DNA of 62,108 nt, the filler included, from Squatina squatina (Eukaryota), in assembly GCA_031763465.1 (NCBI GenBank). It is 4 parts of 4 records of this genome, joined end to end, with 100 filler letters (N's around TTAATTAATTAA, not from the genome) between each part and the next. Parts side by side here need not be neighbours in the genome. Positions count along the whole stretch, not along the records: positions 47,711 to 62,108 come from JARFOE010000019.1; 3 more parts are not named here. One strand, given 5' to 3'. The notes under the pieces are model-generated. The model was not told the origin of the DNA. It saw only the letters and a program-made list of their open reading frames with translations, and did no database searches. A program made the position numbers and the translations under genes. Of the stretch, positions 49,933-62,108 are shown one piece after another. Each line of letters begins with the position of its first letter. Position 1 is the first letter of the stretch.

Positions 49933-52900
49933 CGCTTGTGATCGAGGTCAGCCAGAAGCAATGATTGTCAGAAGCACTAACTGAATATATAAGTAACACT
50001 GTAAAAATGATCACTTGCCAACTGTGATGTCAAAAATTGAAACTGCATACTTCCTGGTTGGTATAAATGAAAAATGATGAAGGCTGAAGATTGAATGTAT
50101 TTAAATTATAAAACCGAAAGTTAAATTTTTTCAGTTACTATTTAGGAATTGTGTTGAGTTCTGATGCTGGATGTAATAACTGCACTGCTCTCCTGTGGAT
50201 AGAAATATTTTTTGCTGCACCACAGTAATAGCCACTACTAATTTGGATCTTTACACTGATATAAAATATCTAGCGTTCTGTACAGTATAATGATCAAAAT
50301 GCCTTTTGTGGTTTACATGTCAAGTTGCAACAGGCATTTTCTGATATAACTGTAATGAAGACAATTTAATAACCCATTTAACTCATTACAAATCGATCAA
50401 GTTGAAATATTATGTATTAAAATAAATTAGCGTTGTATTTTAACAAATCTCAAATTCTGGTTAGGACTCGGTGGTTCCAACATCTCAAAGCTTACTAAAG
50501 GTGACCTTAAAATTATGCAGCAGGATCGCAGCTTCCGGATGTTTAATGCGTTCCTCTGAAATCGCTCTGTCTGCTATTTTAGCAGAGGTGTTTGCCCATT
50601 TAATGTAATCAGGTTACCGCTTCCACTAAAATAGTGGAGAGGAATTGGATGGATCCATTAAGCTTCTGCAGACTAGCATCTCGGCTGTTCTGTCTCTGAA
50701 CCCTATTCATTCTTTTAATGAAGTGAAGTGACTGCATGGCAAACGATGGTCAGTTTGACCTGCAGAAACTTTGTTCCGTCCATTCTTGGGCTTGAAGGGG
50801 GTTTAAAGACAAACAATTACACAATAGTTCAGCTAACTGTGTAGGTTTTGTCCAATTGTCGTTCTGTTTGGTTGCAGCCTGAGGTTGTGCTTGTACTTAC
50901 CATTTGTGAACAGCTTGTTTTTTCTGTAACACATATGAAGGAGCTAAAACGTGTCTGTTATGACTGCCCACGTGGAAGACACCTTGACACTTTATTCACT
51001 GTCCCGTATAGTTGTATATAATTGAAAGTGTACTTGATTGACGGCCTGATGTGAGAGACAGCGTGGGTGTCATTTCACTGAGGGCCTTGAGGGATGAGAA
51101 GCTGCTGTTTTTATAAAAAAAAATAATAATGAAGGATGCAGGTTAAAATGATATTGAAGAAATACACGTGTACCCGGTCACTGGGCATGATTACGATGGT
51201 GTGATAAATGGGGGAAAATTAGTTTTGATGAAGATTGGATAACTAGAAGGAAGTTAGAAGGCAACAAGACAGTCATATTTCGAGGACTTCACCCATCGGA
51301 GTAAAGCTTCAGCTGCTGGCACACGTGAGCTCTGACTCTGATTGCCTTTAATTTCCTTCTATTCATCTGTTATTTTTATAATGTGTGCGATTCTGATTTT
51401 TATTTGTGGAAGTCTGTAAAGTTCGTCGTGACTTGCCAGTATTCCGAACTGCTGAAGATCCATGTGAAGTGTCACCAGTAAATGCTTCTCACAAGCTGTT
51501 GTGACGTCTACAGAGTCATGACATTGATGGTGCCACTGGTGAAAGGGTATTGCAAGGTACTTTCCTGTTGTGAGTACCGGGCCCTTCACACCCTTGTGTA
51601 TACCCAAATGATTACCCAATGATAAAAGTTACAGGTGTACAGTTGTGGGGTTGAGAGATTTTATTGTAGAAAACTGTTTACAGATTTTTACTGTAATTTC
51701 ATAATTGTCTGCTTAGTAAAGCTTGATATTCTTGCTAATGTATTACCGTTAAAATGTGTACAGCTTTGACAGCCAATCAAATGTGAATTNNNNNNNNNNA
51801 GGAAATGCAACTCATATTTTTGCAATAAAGTATCCAAATGTGCTAATAATTGGGTCGGTCGTTGGTCTGGCCCTGATGATCAGCAAACCATTTAAGATGA
51901 GAAGCGACATCTCTTTTTTTTCCCCTTTTGTGAATTGAGACATTAGGAATTGTTGCAAAGAGTTTGTTCCTCAACTAGCTGATGAAGGTTTATTTTGTGA
52001 GTAACTGAGTTGCACAAATCAGGAAAGGTCTTCCATTTATAAAGCATCCTCGTGCTGCCCAAAGAATCTTCACTACCAATTAATCACTTTTAAAGTGTAG
52101 TCAGTGTTGTTTTGCAGAGAAACACGGCAACCAATTTGCACAGAGNNNNNNNNNNNNNNNNNNNNNNNNNNNNNNNNNNNNNNNNNNNNNNNNNNNNNNN
52201 NNNNNNNNNNNNNNNNNNNNNNNNNNNNNNNNNNNNNNNNNNNNNCACACACACACAGCCACCACACACACCACACAAAAGCCCTTTCATTGCTGATTGG
52301 GCTTGTTGGGGAAGGGGTGTTCATGATATCTGCAGTTCTCGCAGCAACAAGCTGTGACATGTGTCCTACTCGTGTCTTTTCACGATATTGTAAAAATCCT
52401 TTCCGTGACCAAACAATTGGCAAACTAAATATGGAATCTAGAAATTATCTGCAGACCATATGCTTTCAATAAAAAAAGACAAATAGGGCAGGGAGATAGG
52501 AATAGCAGTTTGCCTGTTATAAAACGCATTAAATGATCCAATGTAAACTAAATATTACCGGCTTTCAATGGGCCAGTAAATACCAAATCTATATATGGGC
52601 TAACCAAGCAGGTGTAAGTTTAAACCCATTACTTTTCCTGTTCTCATAGAGAGTTTAATTCTCCTCCTCCTGCCTTTGCAGCTCTTGTTACGTATTGAAA
52701 AGCAAGTCATCCCCCTTACGTCTTGTCTGTGTCCAGCTGTACTCTCCTATTGCTTTCCTGCANNNNNNNNNNNNNNNNNNNNNNNNNNNNNNNNNNNNNN
52801 NNNNNNNNNNNNNNNNNNNNNNNNNNNNNNNNNNNNNNNNNNNNNNNNNNNNNNNNNNNNNNGTAACCCAGCATGTGCAACATGTTTTCACCCAGCCTGC

Positions 52901-55900
52901 AACTCTCCAAACTCCTATCAGTGCTTTTGTAGGGTAAGAATACGTATTACAGCGCAGTAATCCCAGTAATAAAATCAAAATCACTAATTCCCGCACTAAT
53001 ATCAATAGTGCCATTATTCCAGCCAAATCCATATGCAAAAACCGTGCGATGGACGCTCAAATCCGCTGCTATTCTTTCTCAAAAGCAGAAATAATTGACC
53101 CCATTTCTTTGACAGCTGCTGATGTTGGGACTTATTAGATCGGTTGCCTAGGGGGCGTGTAAGGAGTAGAATACATAATGCTAAAGTTAAATAAACAGCA
53201 CAGGGACATTTCATTCTCTTCCTTCCTGAAAACTCTGTGGCTGTTGAGCTGAGTCACGTGGATTGGAGTGTAAATGCACATTCTCGATTTGAAGCTGAAG
53301 TATCCCGCTGTGCCGGGGCCCTGTCCTGTCTCGAAAATCCTTCAGAAAATCGACATTCAATTGCCGCCTTTCGAACCTGCTTTCAGACTTAACCCTCTCC
53401 TCGCTGGCTACTGAGGGTGAAGTTGCGCTCCTGATATTCTCACTGAAGCAAAGTGGTTTCGAGTGCTGTTCAATGCAAAAGTGGCAGAATAACTACAACC
53501 TAAGTTGACTTGCCTACTATTATAATAGATCAGCAAGCTATTGCAGGAACTGGAAGTATGTTGTGATTAACATAATTATGCAAGTATAGACCAGAAATTA
53601 TTGAACTTACTTTAAATGCAAAAGGAATGTATGGGTGCAGCACTCACCAAGACTAGGCAGGTTACCAATTAAAAGATTCATCAGCCAAGAAAAGATCTAA
53701 GCAATCTTGAGCCATGTTTTATATGCCATTTATACATATATCTAACTGAAAATATTTGAATACTTTCTGTCCAACTAAACTACTCTCTACAGTCACAATT
53801 TTTTGTCACTTTTTTGCCAATATTTAACTTTGAAGCTGCCTAGGGTGGTAATTTGCAATTGAGATTTCATGATTTTTTTGATGCCTCTCCCATCTTTGCT
53901 TTTCTGCTTCCAGATAAGTAACTTTTTATGTAAAGCTTTTAGCTTTCTATATATTTTAAATACTTTCATGCTTATATTTTAAGTAATTTTGAAACTTTTT
54001 TGCCTCTTCAAGGTCTTCAGCTTCAGTTTTTGGTTACCTGCACTTCCACCTTTATCGATCCACGCATTAGCATTCCTCGATTGCCCCATTTCTCCACTCA
54101 ATAAAGCACCTTTATTGTTTCGGGTATATTTGTTTCACTGCTTTTTTAAATCTTTTTGAAAAATCAGGTTAATGAGAGTGGCATACAAATTGAGCATCCT
54201 TTCCTTACTGGTCCAAACATTGTAGATGTAGAATATGATGCGATGTAGAATGCAATGCGATGTGTACAAATGTGCAATAAAAAAAACCTTAAACTGTGAT
54301 CTGTGGTGTTGAGGGGATGGGTGTAGATATAGCACTATGTGAGGAACTGTAAAGTGATTTAATTAGTGTAGTCATTCAGGTTAAAAACAGGTGACATTGC
54401 TCTCTGATAAACTCAAATTGAACTTACAGCTGGATGTTTCAGATCCATTGAATCCTCCTGCAATGAATTTAACTTTTTAAAATCTCTCAGCCAGCTTTCA
54501 GGCTTACCCACGGCTAGTCGGTTGAATAGACAGNNNNNNNNNNNNNNNNNNNNNNNNNNNNNNNNNNNNNNNNNNNNNNNNNNNNNNNNNNNNNNNNNNN
54601 NNNNNNNNNNNNNNNNNNNNNNNNNNNNNNNNNAGTACAATTTGCGGTCTAATCTATTTTTGTTCCAATTGCTGTAAGATTTTCTCCTTTCCGGACATGA
54701 TCGGGATACTGTACTGCCAGATATTTGTAGCCACTATCAGACTCCAGAGCGGTGCTGGATTTTACATCATTAAACTTGTTTTAAATCAACCATTGCTCTG
54801 ATTATTTAAATATAGAAGTTTCCGCGATATAAATATTTCAACCATTTGTGCAGTTTGGTTAATAAATGCTCTTTGGATGCAGAAAAAAAAATGAAAACAG
54901 AGGCCTTTGTTGATATAGTTTTGATGAATGGTGACTGAGGAATGTGGGGCCATATCTTTCTGGAAACTAGGAGAGGAATAATGGCGCTTATAAAACACGT
55001 TTGTAAGTTGCCCATTTGCTTTCAATGTCAACAACTGTCTTCAGTCTGGCCATGTTTATCAAACTCTTACCTGGAATCAATGCACTATATATTCATTAAA
55101 AAGAGATCAATTGGTCTCTCCCGACACAAATTAAAGGATGTAAACAATAACTTGCTATATTGCCCCTTTGCACCTGCCATCTGTAGTCGAACAGCGTAGA
55201 GTCCGAGCTCGCTGTTTACGCATCGTATTAGGTCACAAAGACCTGACACCCTTTCATTTTTGGTTAGGTTCCCTTAATTAGGAATTATTAATCAGTGCAG
55301 GTACCTGAGTGTTGGTTAGAAACACTGGCAACAAGCAGGCTCATCTTTGGCGCAGACTTGGGGACTGACCTTGTAGGTTGTTAATGATTTAACCAACTAA
55401 CATACAGGTTTGTAAATATGTCAGTGGACTAGCAGCAGATGGCAGTCCATCGTCGCTAATGACTGTGTGTTAAAATTTCCTTAAACCAAATACTGACCTA
55501 AACAGAGCCTCCACCTGGCTGCTGTCCAACCATCTGTTGCTAAACAAGGCTATTGATCAAACACCATTCAATGTTCCATCTCTTGTGACTTCATCTTGGC
55601 CTAGGCCATGACCTCTTTTAATAATACTCTCAGTGGATCATTGCTATTGCATTAATTAAAACATGTTAAAGAGCTATTCGCAACTTATTAGACTTGAGGC
55701 TTCGCGATACAAATCGTGTCTTTTTTAAATGTGTTTTCTTTCATTTGAAGAATGAAGAGGAAAATCCGGAGTTCAACAGAACAAATTCAGTATGTTCTAT
55801 TCATTCCCTCTCTTTCCGTGTCTCGCACCCAGTGCNNNNNNNNNNNNNNNNNNNNNNNNNNNNNNNNNNNNNNNNNNNNNNNNNNNNNNNNNNNNNNNNN

Positions 55901-57504
55901 NNNNNNNNNNNNNNNNNNNNNNNNNNNNNNNNNNNAGGGCACTGGGGAGAACTCCCCCTGCCACAGGATCTTTTACATCCACCCGAGAGAGCAGACGGGA
56001 CAGTGGTTTAAATGACTCTTCCGAAAGACCACAGCTCTGACAATGCAGCACTCCCTCAGCACTCTGCGAGTGGGAAGTGAAACAACAACCTTCTGGCTCA
56101 GGTGCGAGGGTGCCTGAGCCCTGGCTGTGTAGTTGTGGAGTTTTTGCTGCAATCTTTTAAATTCTGCAGACTACATATAGATTACACACTTGATACAAAA
56201 ATAAAATCTTACTTCTATTAACCAATTAGTTTCTTCCCCCCTGCATCCCACCTGTTTGTGAAATTCTGGAGGTGGTGTTTCGTGTGAAGGGTCGGAGGAG
56301 AATGGCTGGGTTTGCAGCCTCTGGGCTGATTGTGGACAAGGGCTTCAGCCACTTCAAGCTGAAAGTGATATCACGGGGCGGAGCATTACTTTCTGATGAG
56401 GGTTTAATCTGGGCCCAGTGGGCGACTGGAGCTAAATCCCGGACCGCAACAGATGGGCTTTTACATGTGTTCAGTGGTAAATTGAGGCGACATCTGCACA
56501 CGAGAGTTACTGGTGGTCCCGAGCATTGCAAGGGGATTGAAGGGGGATTTGTGTTAGCTCTCCGCAAAGGAGAACACTTATTAGGCAGGGTTCAAAATGC
56601 CTAATAAATCCCCTCACTCCTTGAAGAAAAATAATCTGAATAGAAAACAAAACAATCAAGGGCCAAGGTAGATGTTCTTTTGCTGGTGGGCTGGCGAGGC
56701 TGAGCTCCAACCCTTCCTTTGTCCCAGGACCCTCTAAGTTTTTTGTGCGTGAAAAGAGCAGTGCAAGATCCGATCTGTTGATTGCATTCAAGTCATCACC
56801 CCTAGCATCCAATCCATCATTAAAAGGACAGGGGGTAAAGCACCACTTCAGCTAATTGGAATAATCCTCTGTAGAGTCATGTGATAATGGTGCTCCCGGA
56901 CGAGGAGCTCTGATAATTATGGTAATTCGCTGCTATTCAGAAAGCAGGATAAACTCGAAAGCTTTGGGAGGTGTGAGGAAATGGGCAGCACACAGGGCTA
57001 TTATGCATAATTCCACACAGCTACTTAGTGAAAAGAGTTTGCAAGCATTATTTTGCTATAAACATACTTTTTGTTGTATTGTGCGAGGCTGTGCTCTAAA
57101 CGCCACAAGACACTGGGACTATTGCTGTGAGCCCCACCAGGGATTTTGTGCTGGTATAAATGTATCTGAATAGGTTTTAATTTAAATACACTCAGAATAA
57201 AAACAGGTTCAAACTTTAATAAGCTTTTCATGGAGAGGATTTCTAACAGACTGGATGACGATAACTAGTTCACACCGGGATTGTGATGGAACTTTTATCC
57301 AATATTTCTTCCCGTGTTGTACAAGTAATAACTGATAACACCGTGAACGGAGCCCCTGCCTTACAGTAATTCAAAACTCAAAGTCTATTGTATTGCATGT
57401 GATTATGGAATTTTGCCTTTGGTTTGAGCAGTGTAATCCACAATCCCACCAGTTTGTCCACGGATGGCAACTTGATATTGAGGACACATTAATAGATCAT
57501 CGAA

Positions 57505-57975
57505 CCTCATAGCACAGAAGGAGGTCATTCGGCCCATCGTGTCGGTGCTGGCTCTGTGAACGAGCGATCCAATTAGTCCCACTGCTTCCCTGCTCTTTCC
57601 CCACAGTCCTGTGAATTTTTCCCCTTCAAGTATTTCTCCAGTTCCCCTTTTGAAAGTTACTATTGAATCTGCTTCCACTGCCGTTTCAGGCAGCGTGTTC
57701 CCGATCACAACAACTCGCTGTAAAAACATTCTCCTCATCTCCCCTCTGGGTCTTTTGCTAATCACCTTAAATTTGTGTTCTCTGATTATCGACCCTTCTT
57801 CCACTGGAAACAGTTTATTTACTCCTTATTTACTCTTATCAAAACTCCTTATGATTTTGAACATCTCGATTAAATCTCCCCTTAACCTTCTCTGCTCCGA
57901 GGAGAACAATCCCAGCTTCTCTCGTCTCTCCCCGTAACTGAAGTCCCCCATCCCTGGAACCATTCTGGTAAATTT
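57505..57975 (-). mobile_element. CR1 LINE 3' end
   Basis: GGTCATTCGGCCCATCG 3'UTR; minus translation REHKFKVISKRPRGEMRRMFLQRVVVIGNTLPETAVEADSIVTFKR. Confidence 0.85.
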
Positions 57976-60097
57976 TCCTCGCCTTTGTGCCCTGTATCTC
58001 TATTTATAAAGAGAGGTACCGTACACTTTTTTCGCTGCCTTATCCTCTACACGAGTCTCCTCCCACCCTTCTTCATCTAACCCCATCAACTAAACCAGTT
58101 AACAGAGAATCCAGCAATTCTTTTTCACTCAAATGAATTGAGAACTTAAATGCACTGCCCAGAGGCTATCGCTGCAGAATCAAATTGAGCAGTTTTTAAA
58201 AGCGAGAGGAGACGGATGTCAAGTTGGGAAACATGGGTAGTATGGAATATGGAGAAAGGGTCAGGAATTGGAGTTTGACCATAAGAAGTAGGAGCAGGAG
58301 TAGGACATTTGGCCCGTTGAGCCCGCTTCGCCATTCAATTGGATCATGGCTGATCCGACATTTCTCAAGTCCACCTCCCCGCCTTCTCCCCATAACCCTT
58401 GANNNNNNNNNNNNNNNNNNNNNNNNNNNNNNNNNNNNNNNNNNNNNNNNNNNNNNNNNNNNNNNNNNNNNNNNNNNNNNNNNNNNNNNNNNNNNNNNNN
58501 NNTAAGTGTAGATAGCCTGTCAACCCAAGAAAACCCTTCAGTAGCCTGTCAGAAGGCCCGTTTGATGTCACTATTAAATGGCCCACACTACACAACAATA
58601 GAACTCTTTTTACATTCCAGAACTAGATTTATAAACATAAATGCTCATCCTACCTTTCCTTTTGCAATAATGAAGAAGGTGTTGCCTTGCTCCCCTTCGC
58701 GAATGATATAATCTCCTTTATCATAATAATCCTATCAGATATGGAGAGATTGCATACTGGGATCAGGCATTGAAAATAGACTTTAAGAAGTAATAGCCAA
58801 ATGATCAGAATAAATAAACCTCCGACTGATAAATTGGAAGTCTTCGTTGAATCAATGACAGAGGCTTGGTTTTCTTTGTGTTGTTTTCTATCCAATTGGC
58901 CTTTTCCACCTCATTTGAAAACCCACCTCATTGAATACAACAGGGAGTGAACACCTACTGCCCTTTGCAGCTCCCATCAGGGGGGTTTCCTGAACAGCCC
59001 TGCTACATATTGTCATCTTGCCAGGCACACTTTCTCAACATGCTTAAGGTATCCAATGGGAACTAAAGGTACAACTTGAACCTTTTTATCAAATCAAGCT
59101 GTAAAGAAAATGTAGTTGGCTTGACATTGAAAGCACTTTTATATTGACGCTCTGTCGCTAGCTGTAGCTGAGTGGTGCCACTGCCAGCAGTGGTACAAAT
59201 AGTACAACAGACACGACAATATGGGGTGCTCAGCAGAGGTGCAAATATGTCACACTTTGCTATTGGCACTCCAACAAGGGTCAGTGCATCACTGGTTCAG
59301 TAAAAAAAAGGGGCAGGGGCACTTGAAGGTCACATGCTCTGCTTGACCTTTGCCCTTTTCGTGCCCCAATAGCTATATAAAATTCCCAATAGTCTTTAAC
59401 ACCACCAAAAATCCTTACAGCAACGGCCAAAATAGCTGCGCTTCCCTCCCAATATTAACTGACTGCACAAGCTAAAGACTCACTTTGCAGCTTTGAAGAC
59501 CGCAGTTCAACTTCTCTTGAAATTTAGACCCAAGGAATTGTGTTTTCTTTTGGTTATCTGCGTGTTTGACGTGTTCGAAACCCAATCATCATGTTTAATA
59601 ATCTTGAAGATAAGCTGCTGAGAAACCTGCAGGGTTTCTGTTTGCCCAATATGGAGCGCATGCTCTCCCCCATAGGGACACGGCACATTTACACAAGTCC
59701 AGAGAGCGTAGCCATAGGTTGGCAAATCCAAGGTTTAGGACCCCTGGTGAGCACGGGTATACTACTGGACATTAACCAGATGACACCATGTCTTTTATCA
59801 GAGCTGCTTCCCACTGCTTGCCCAGCTAGGATCACCCTAACTGCTGGGGAATTAAGAACATAGGCTCAGAAGAAATAGGAGCAGGAGTCGGCCATTCGGC
59901 CCCTCGAGCCTGCTCCGCTGTTCAANNNNNNNNNNNNNNNNNNNNNNNNNNNNNNNNNNNNNNNNNNNNNNNNNNNNNNNNNNNNNNNNNNNNNNNNNNN
60001 NNNNNNNNNNNNNNNNNNNNNNNNNATATCCCCTACACTGTTGTGGGGAACTAGTGACCATTTGATCCCCTGGGCCAGCGAGGTTCTGCCTTCTTAC

Positions 60098-60549
60098 CTG
60101 GAGTCTTTCCGCACCCGGACCTGCTCGATGGAGAACTTCTGAACATTGTGACAGTAATAGTTCCAAGAGGTCGGTTCAGCAGACACTCCCTCTTTGGCCT
60201 TGAAGCGTCGGTGGATCTCAGTCGCCACCTGTGCGAATCGCTTTGGCCCCTCGTTTATGACACTGACCAGTTTCTTGTGTTGGCTGACGGTGGGGGACGC
60301 TGGAGCGGTGTTGTATCCGATAGCATCCTGAAGCTTGTCTATCTGAGACAGTTTGCCTTTCAGGTCTTTCTCCAGGGATTTTATTTTCTCCGCCTTTTGC
60401 ATCAGTTCTTCATCCTTCTTCTTCAATTCTTCCTCCAGGCTCAGAATCTTCCTCCTGAGCTTCTCTAGGATCTCCAAGGAAGGACCCGTCGGGCTGGAGG
60501 TAGAGTTAGTCTTCTCAGGCTTTGATGCTTTTATAGAACCGTTTCCCAT
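60098..60549 (-). CDS. cGMP-dependent protein kinase type II-like (PRKG2 or paralog), first coding exon
   Basis: Myristoylation start MGNGSIK, leucine-zipper LRRKILSLEEELKKKDEEL..IDKLQD, pseudosubstrate RRFKAKEGVSAEPT and RVRKDS; donor AG|GTAAG at 60097; upstream acceptor TTTCAACAG| at 60603. Confidence 0.88.
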
Positions 60550-62108
60550 TGCATCGATATAAATCATCCCAAACGCCTCTCAACACTCTCCTGGCCAGAT
60601 GGCTGTTGAAATAGAAACCATCCAGGCAGTAGGAATATCATTGAAAGCACAGGTTGCTGAGTTACTGTTTTTGAATCTCTTAGGCTGACCATTTTCTATT
60701 CCATAAACAATCATCTGCTCTTTTCATGAATTCTATGTGCATAAAGAATGAGATTTAAAAACAGGTGTAATATTTTGCCTTACACCCTTGCCCAATAGAG
60801 CCAGGCTACTGCTCAGCGTGATGAGGGGATGTATGTCCCTTGCCATTATCCTCACGAGCTGGGTTGCTGTAGGAAACATGGCAGCCAACCTGCACACAGC
60901 AAGCTCCCACAAATAGCAATCTGAAAATGACCAGCCCTCTGGTGGGAGCACATGGAGGCCAAGCACAAGCAGTGGAAGGAGCGTGCAAAAATCTGAGCAT
61001 CCCAGCCACCTGCCCCATCAGACACCACCTGGCCCACCTGTGGCACAGTTTGCAGATCCTGTATAAGACTATTTAGTTACCTCATAACCCACAACTCCGG
61101 AGTGGAAGCAAGTCATCCTCGACCCCGAGGGACTGCNNNNNNNNNNNNNNNNNNNNNNNNNNNNNNNNNNNNNNNNNNNNNNNNNNNNNNNNNNNNNNNN
61201 NNNNNNNNNNNNNNNNNNNNNNNNNNNNNNNNNNNNTTTACAAGTATTTTTATAGTATCATACATCTTATGCTACAAAAGCGAATCTCAATATAAAATTT
61301 TTGTAAATGTCTTCTTGAAATTGATGATGGTAAGGTATACAATTCAACAAATGTTTTAATTAAATCAATAGCTTTAAAAAATAAGTTAGGCATCGTAAAT
61401 GCTAAGTTATATGCTGCAATTAAAACTGGCCACTAAAAATGAATGAATAGCCCAGATCATTTCTGCAGCTATTATGGTGATTCTATCCCCAATTGTAAAA
61501 AAGTGATTCCTGTAACAGTAAAAGTGGTTGTTTTAGGAACTCCCAAAGATACTTGGAGCAAAAGCAGAAGATAAAAAAAATGACAAGTCCCCAAGTCTTT
61601 TCAGAATGTGAAAGCACTCCGCAAAGATAAGATGGAGAAGGTAGAGTTTCAGATGTCACAACACGTCGCTTCTTGACATTCATTTATTAGAAAAACTGAA
61701 ATAGTAATTTTTACAACAATTTAAAAGTTTTTTTTCTTAGTTTTCAAGTGCAGTAAAATATATTTATACCTTGCAAATCCAACCAACCAACACTGGAAGG
61801 ACTGCAGTGGAAAGGTACATCAAGAGAGCTCAGACTACAGTGCTAGTTGTTGAACCATAACTTGGTTGCTGGAAGTTATGCTGACTAGCTCCACCAATGA
61901 GCCAACATGGGCGCAATGGGCCGAATGGGCTCATTCTGTGCTGTATCATTCTATGATTTACATGGAATTACTGCAAAATGGAATTTTAATTAGCTTGTAC
62001 AACACTGCAATGAATTACAAAAGCTAAAATGATCACTTAAACAGGAATGACTGGATGCCTCACACAGACATATCAGAAAGGCATGTGCCATATAGATCAG
62101 ATCTGTTA

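Noticed and set aside
51400-51560. Possible plus-strand coding exon
   Set aside because: Stops in all three frames before the candidate donor.
56226-56604. 110-113 aa ORFs as further PRKG exons
   Set aside because: No cNMP-binding or kinase motifs in either translation.

Overview
Eukaryotic genomic DNA, most likely from a cartilaginous fish (shark or ray), judging by the repeat landscape (CR1/L2/RTE LINEs, Deu-domain and tRNA-derived SINEs, Harbinger elements) and the vertebrate genes. The assembly is very gappy. Three artificial N44-TTAATTAATTAA-N44 linkers split it into four unrelated scaffolds (1-17144, 17245-35420, 35521-47610, 47711-62108), and many 100-N gaps compress the true distances. 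Scaffold 1 has the KCTD8 large coding exon and the YIPF7 last exon. Scaffold 2 has an intronless SREB-family GPCR (GPR85-like) and a fragment resembling an avian ERV-L LTR. Scaffold 3 is gap-free and the most interesting. It holds a decayed retrovirus-like pol (PR-RT-tether RNase H-second RNase H-integrase), a ~2 kb 50/48-bp tandem array and a cluster of decayed tRNA genes, several with intron-like insertions in isotypes (Pro, Arg-TCG) that normally lack introns in mammals. Scaffold 4 has exons of an unidentified gene ending in a CxxC-x11-CxxC motif and the first coding exon of a PRKG2-like kinase. All family assignments come from recalled consensus sequences, not database searches.
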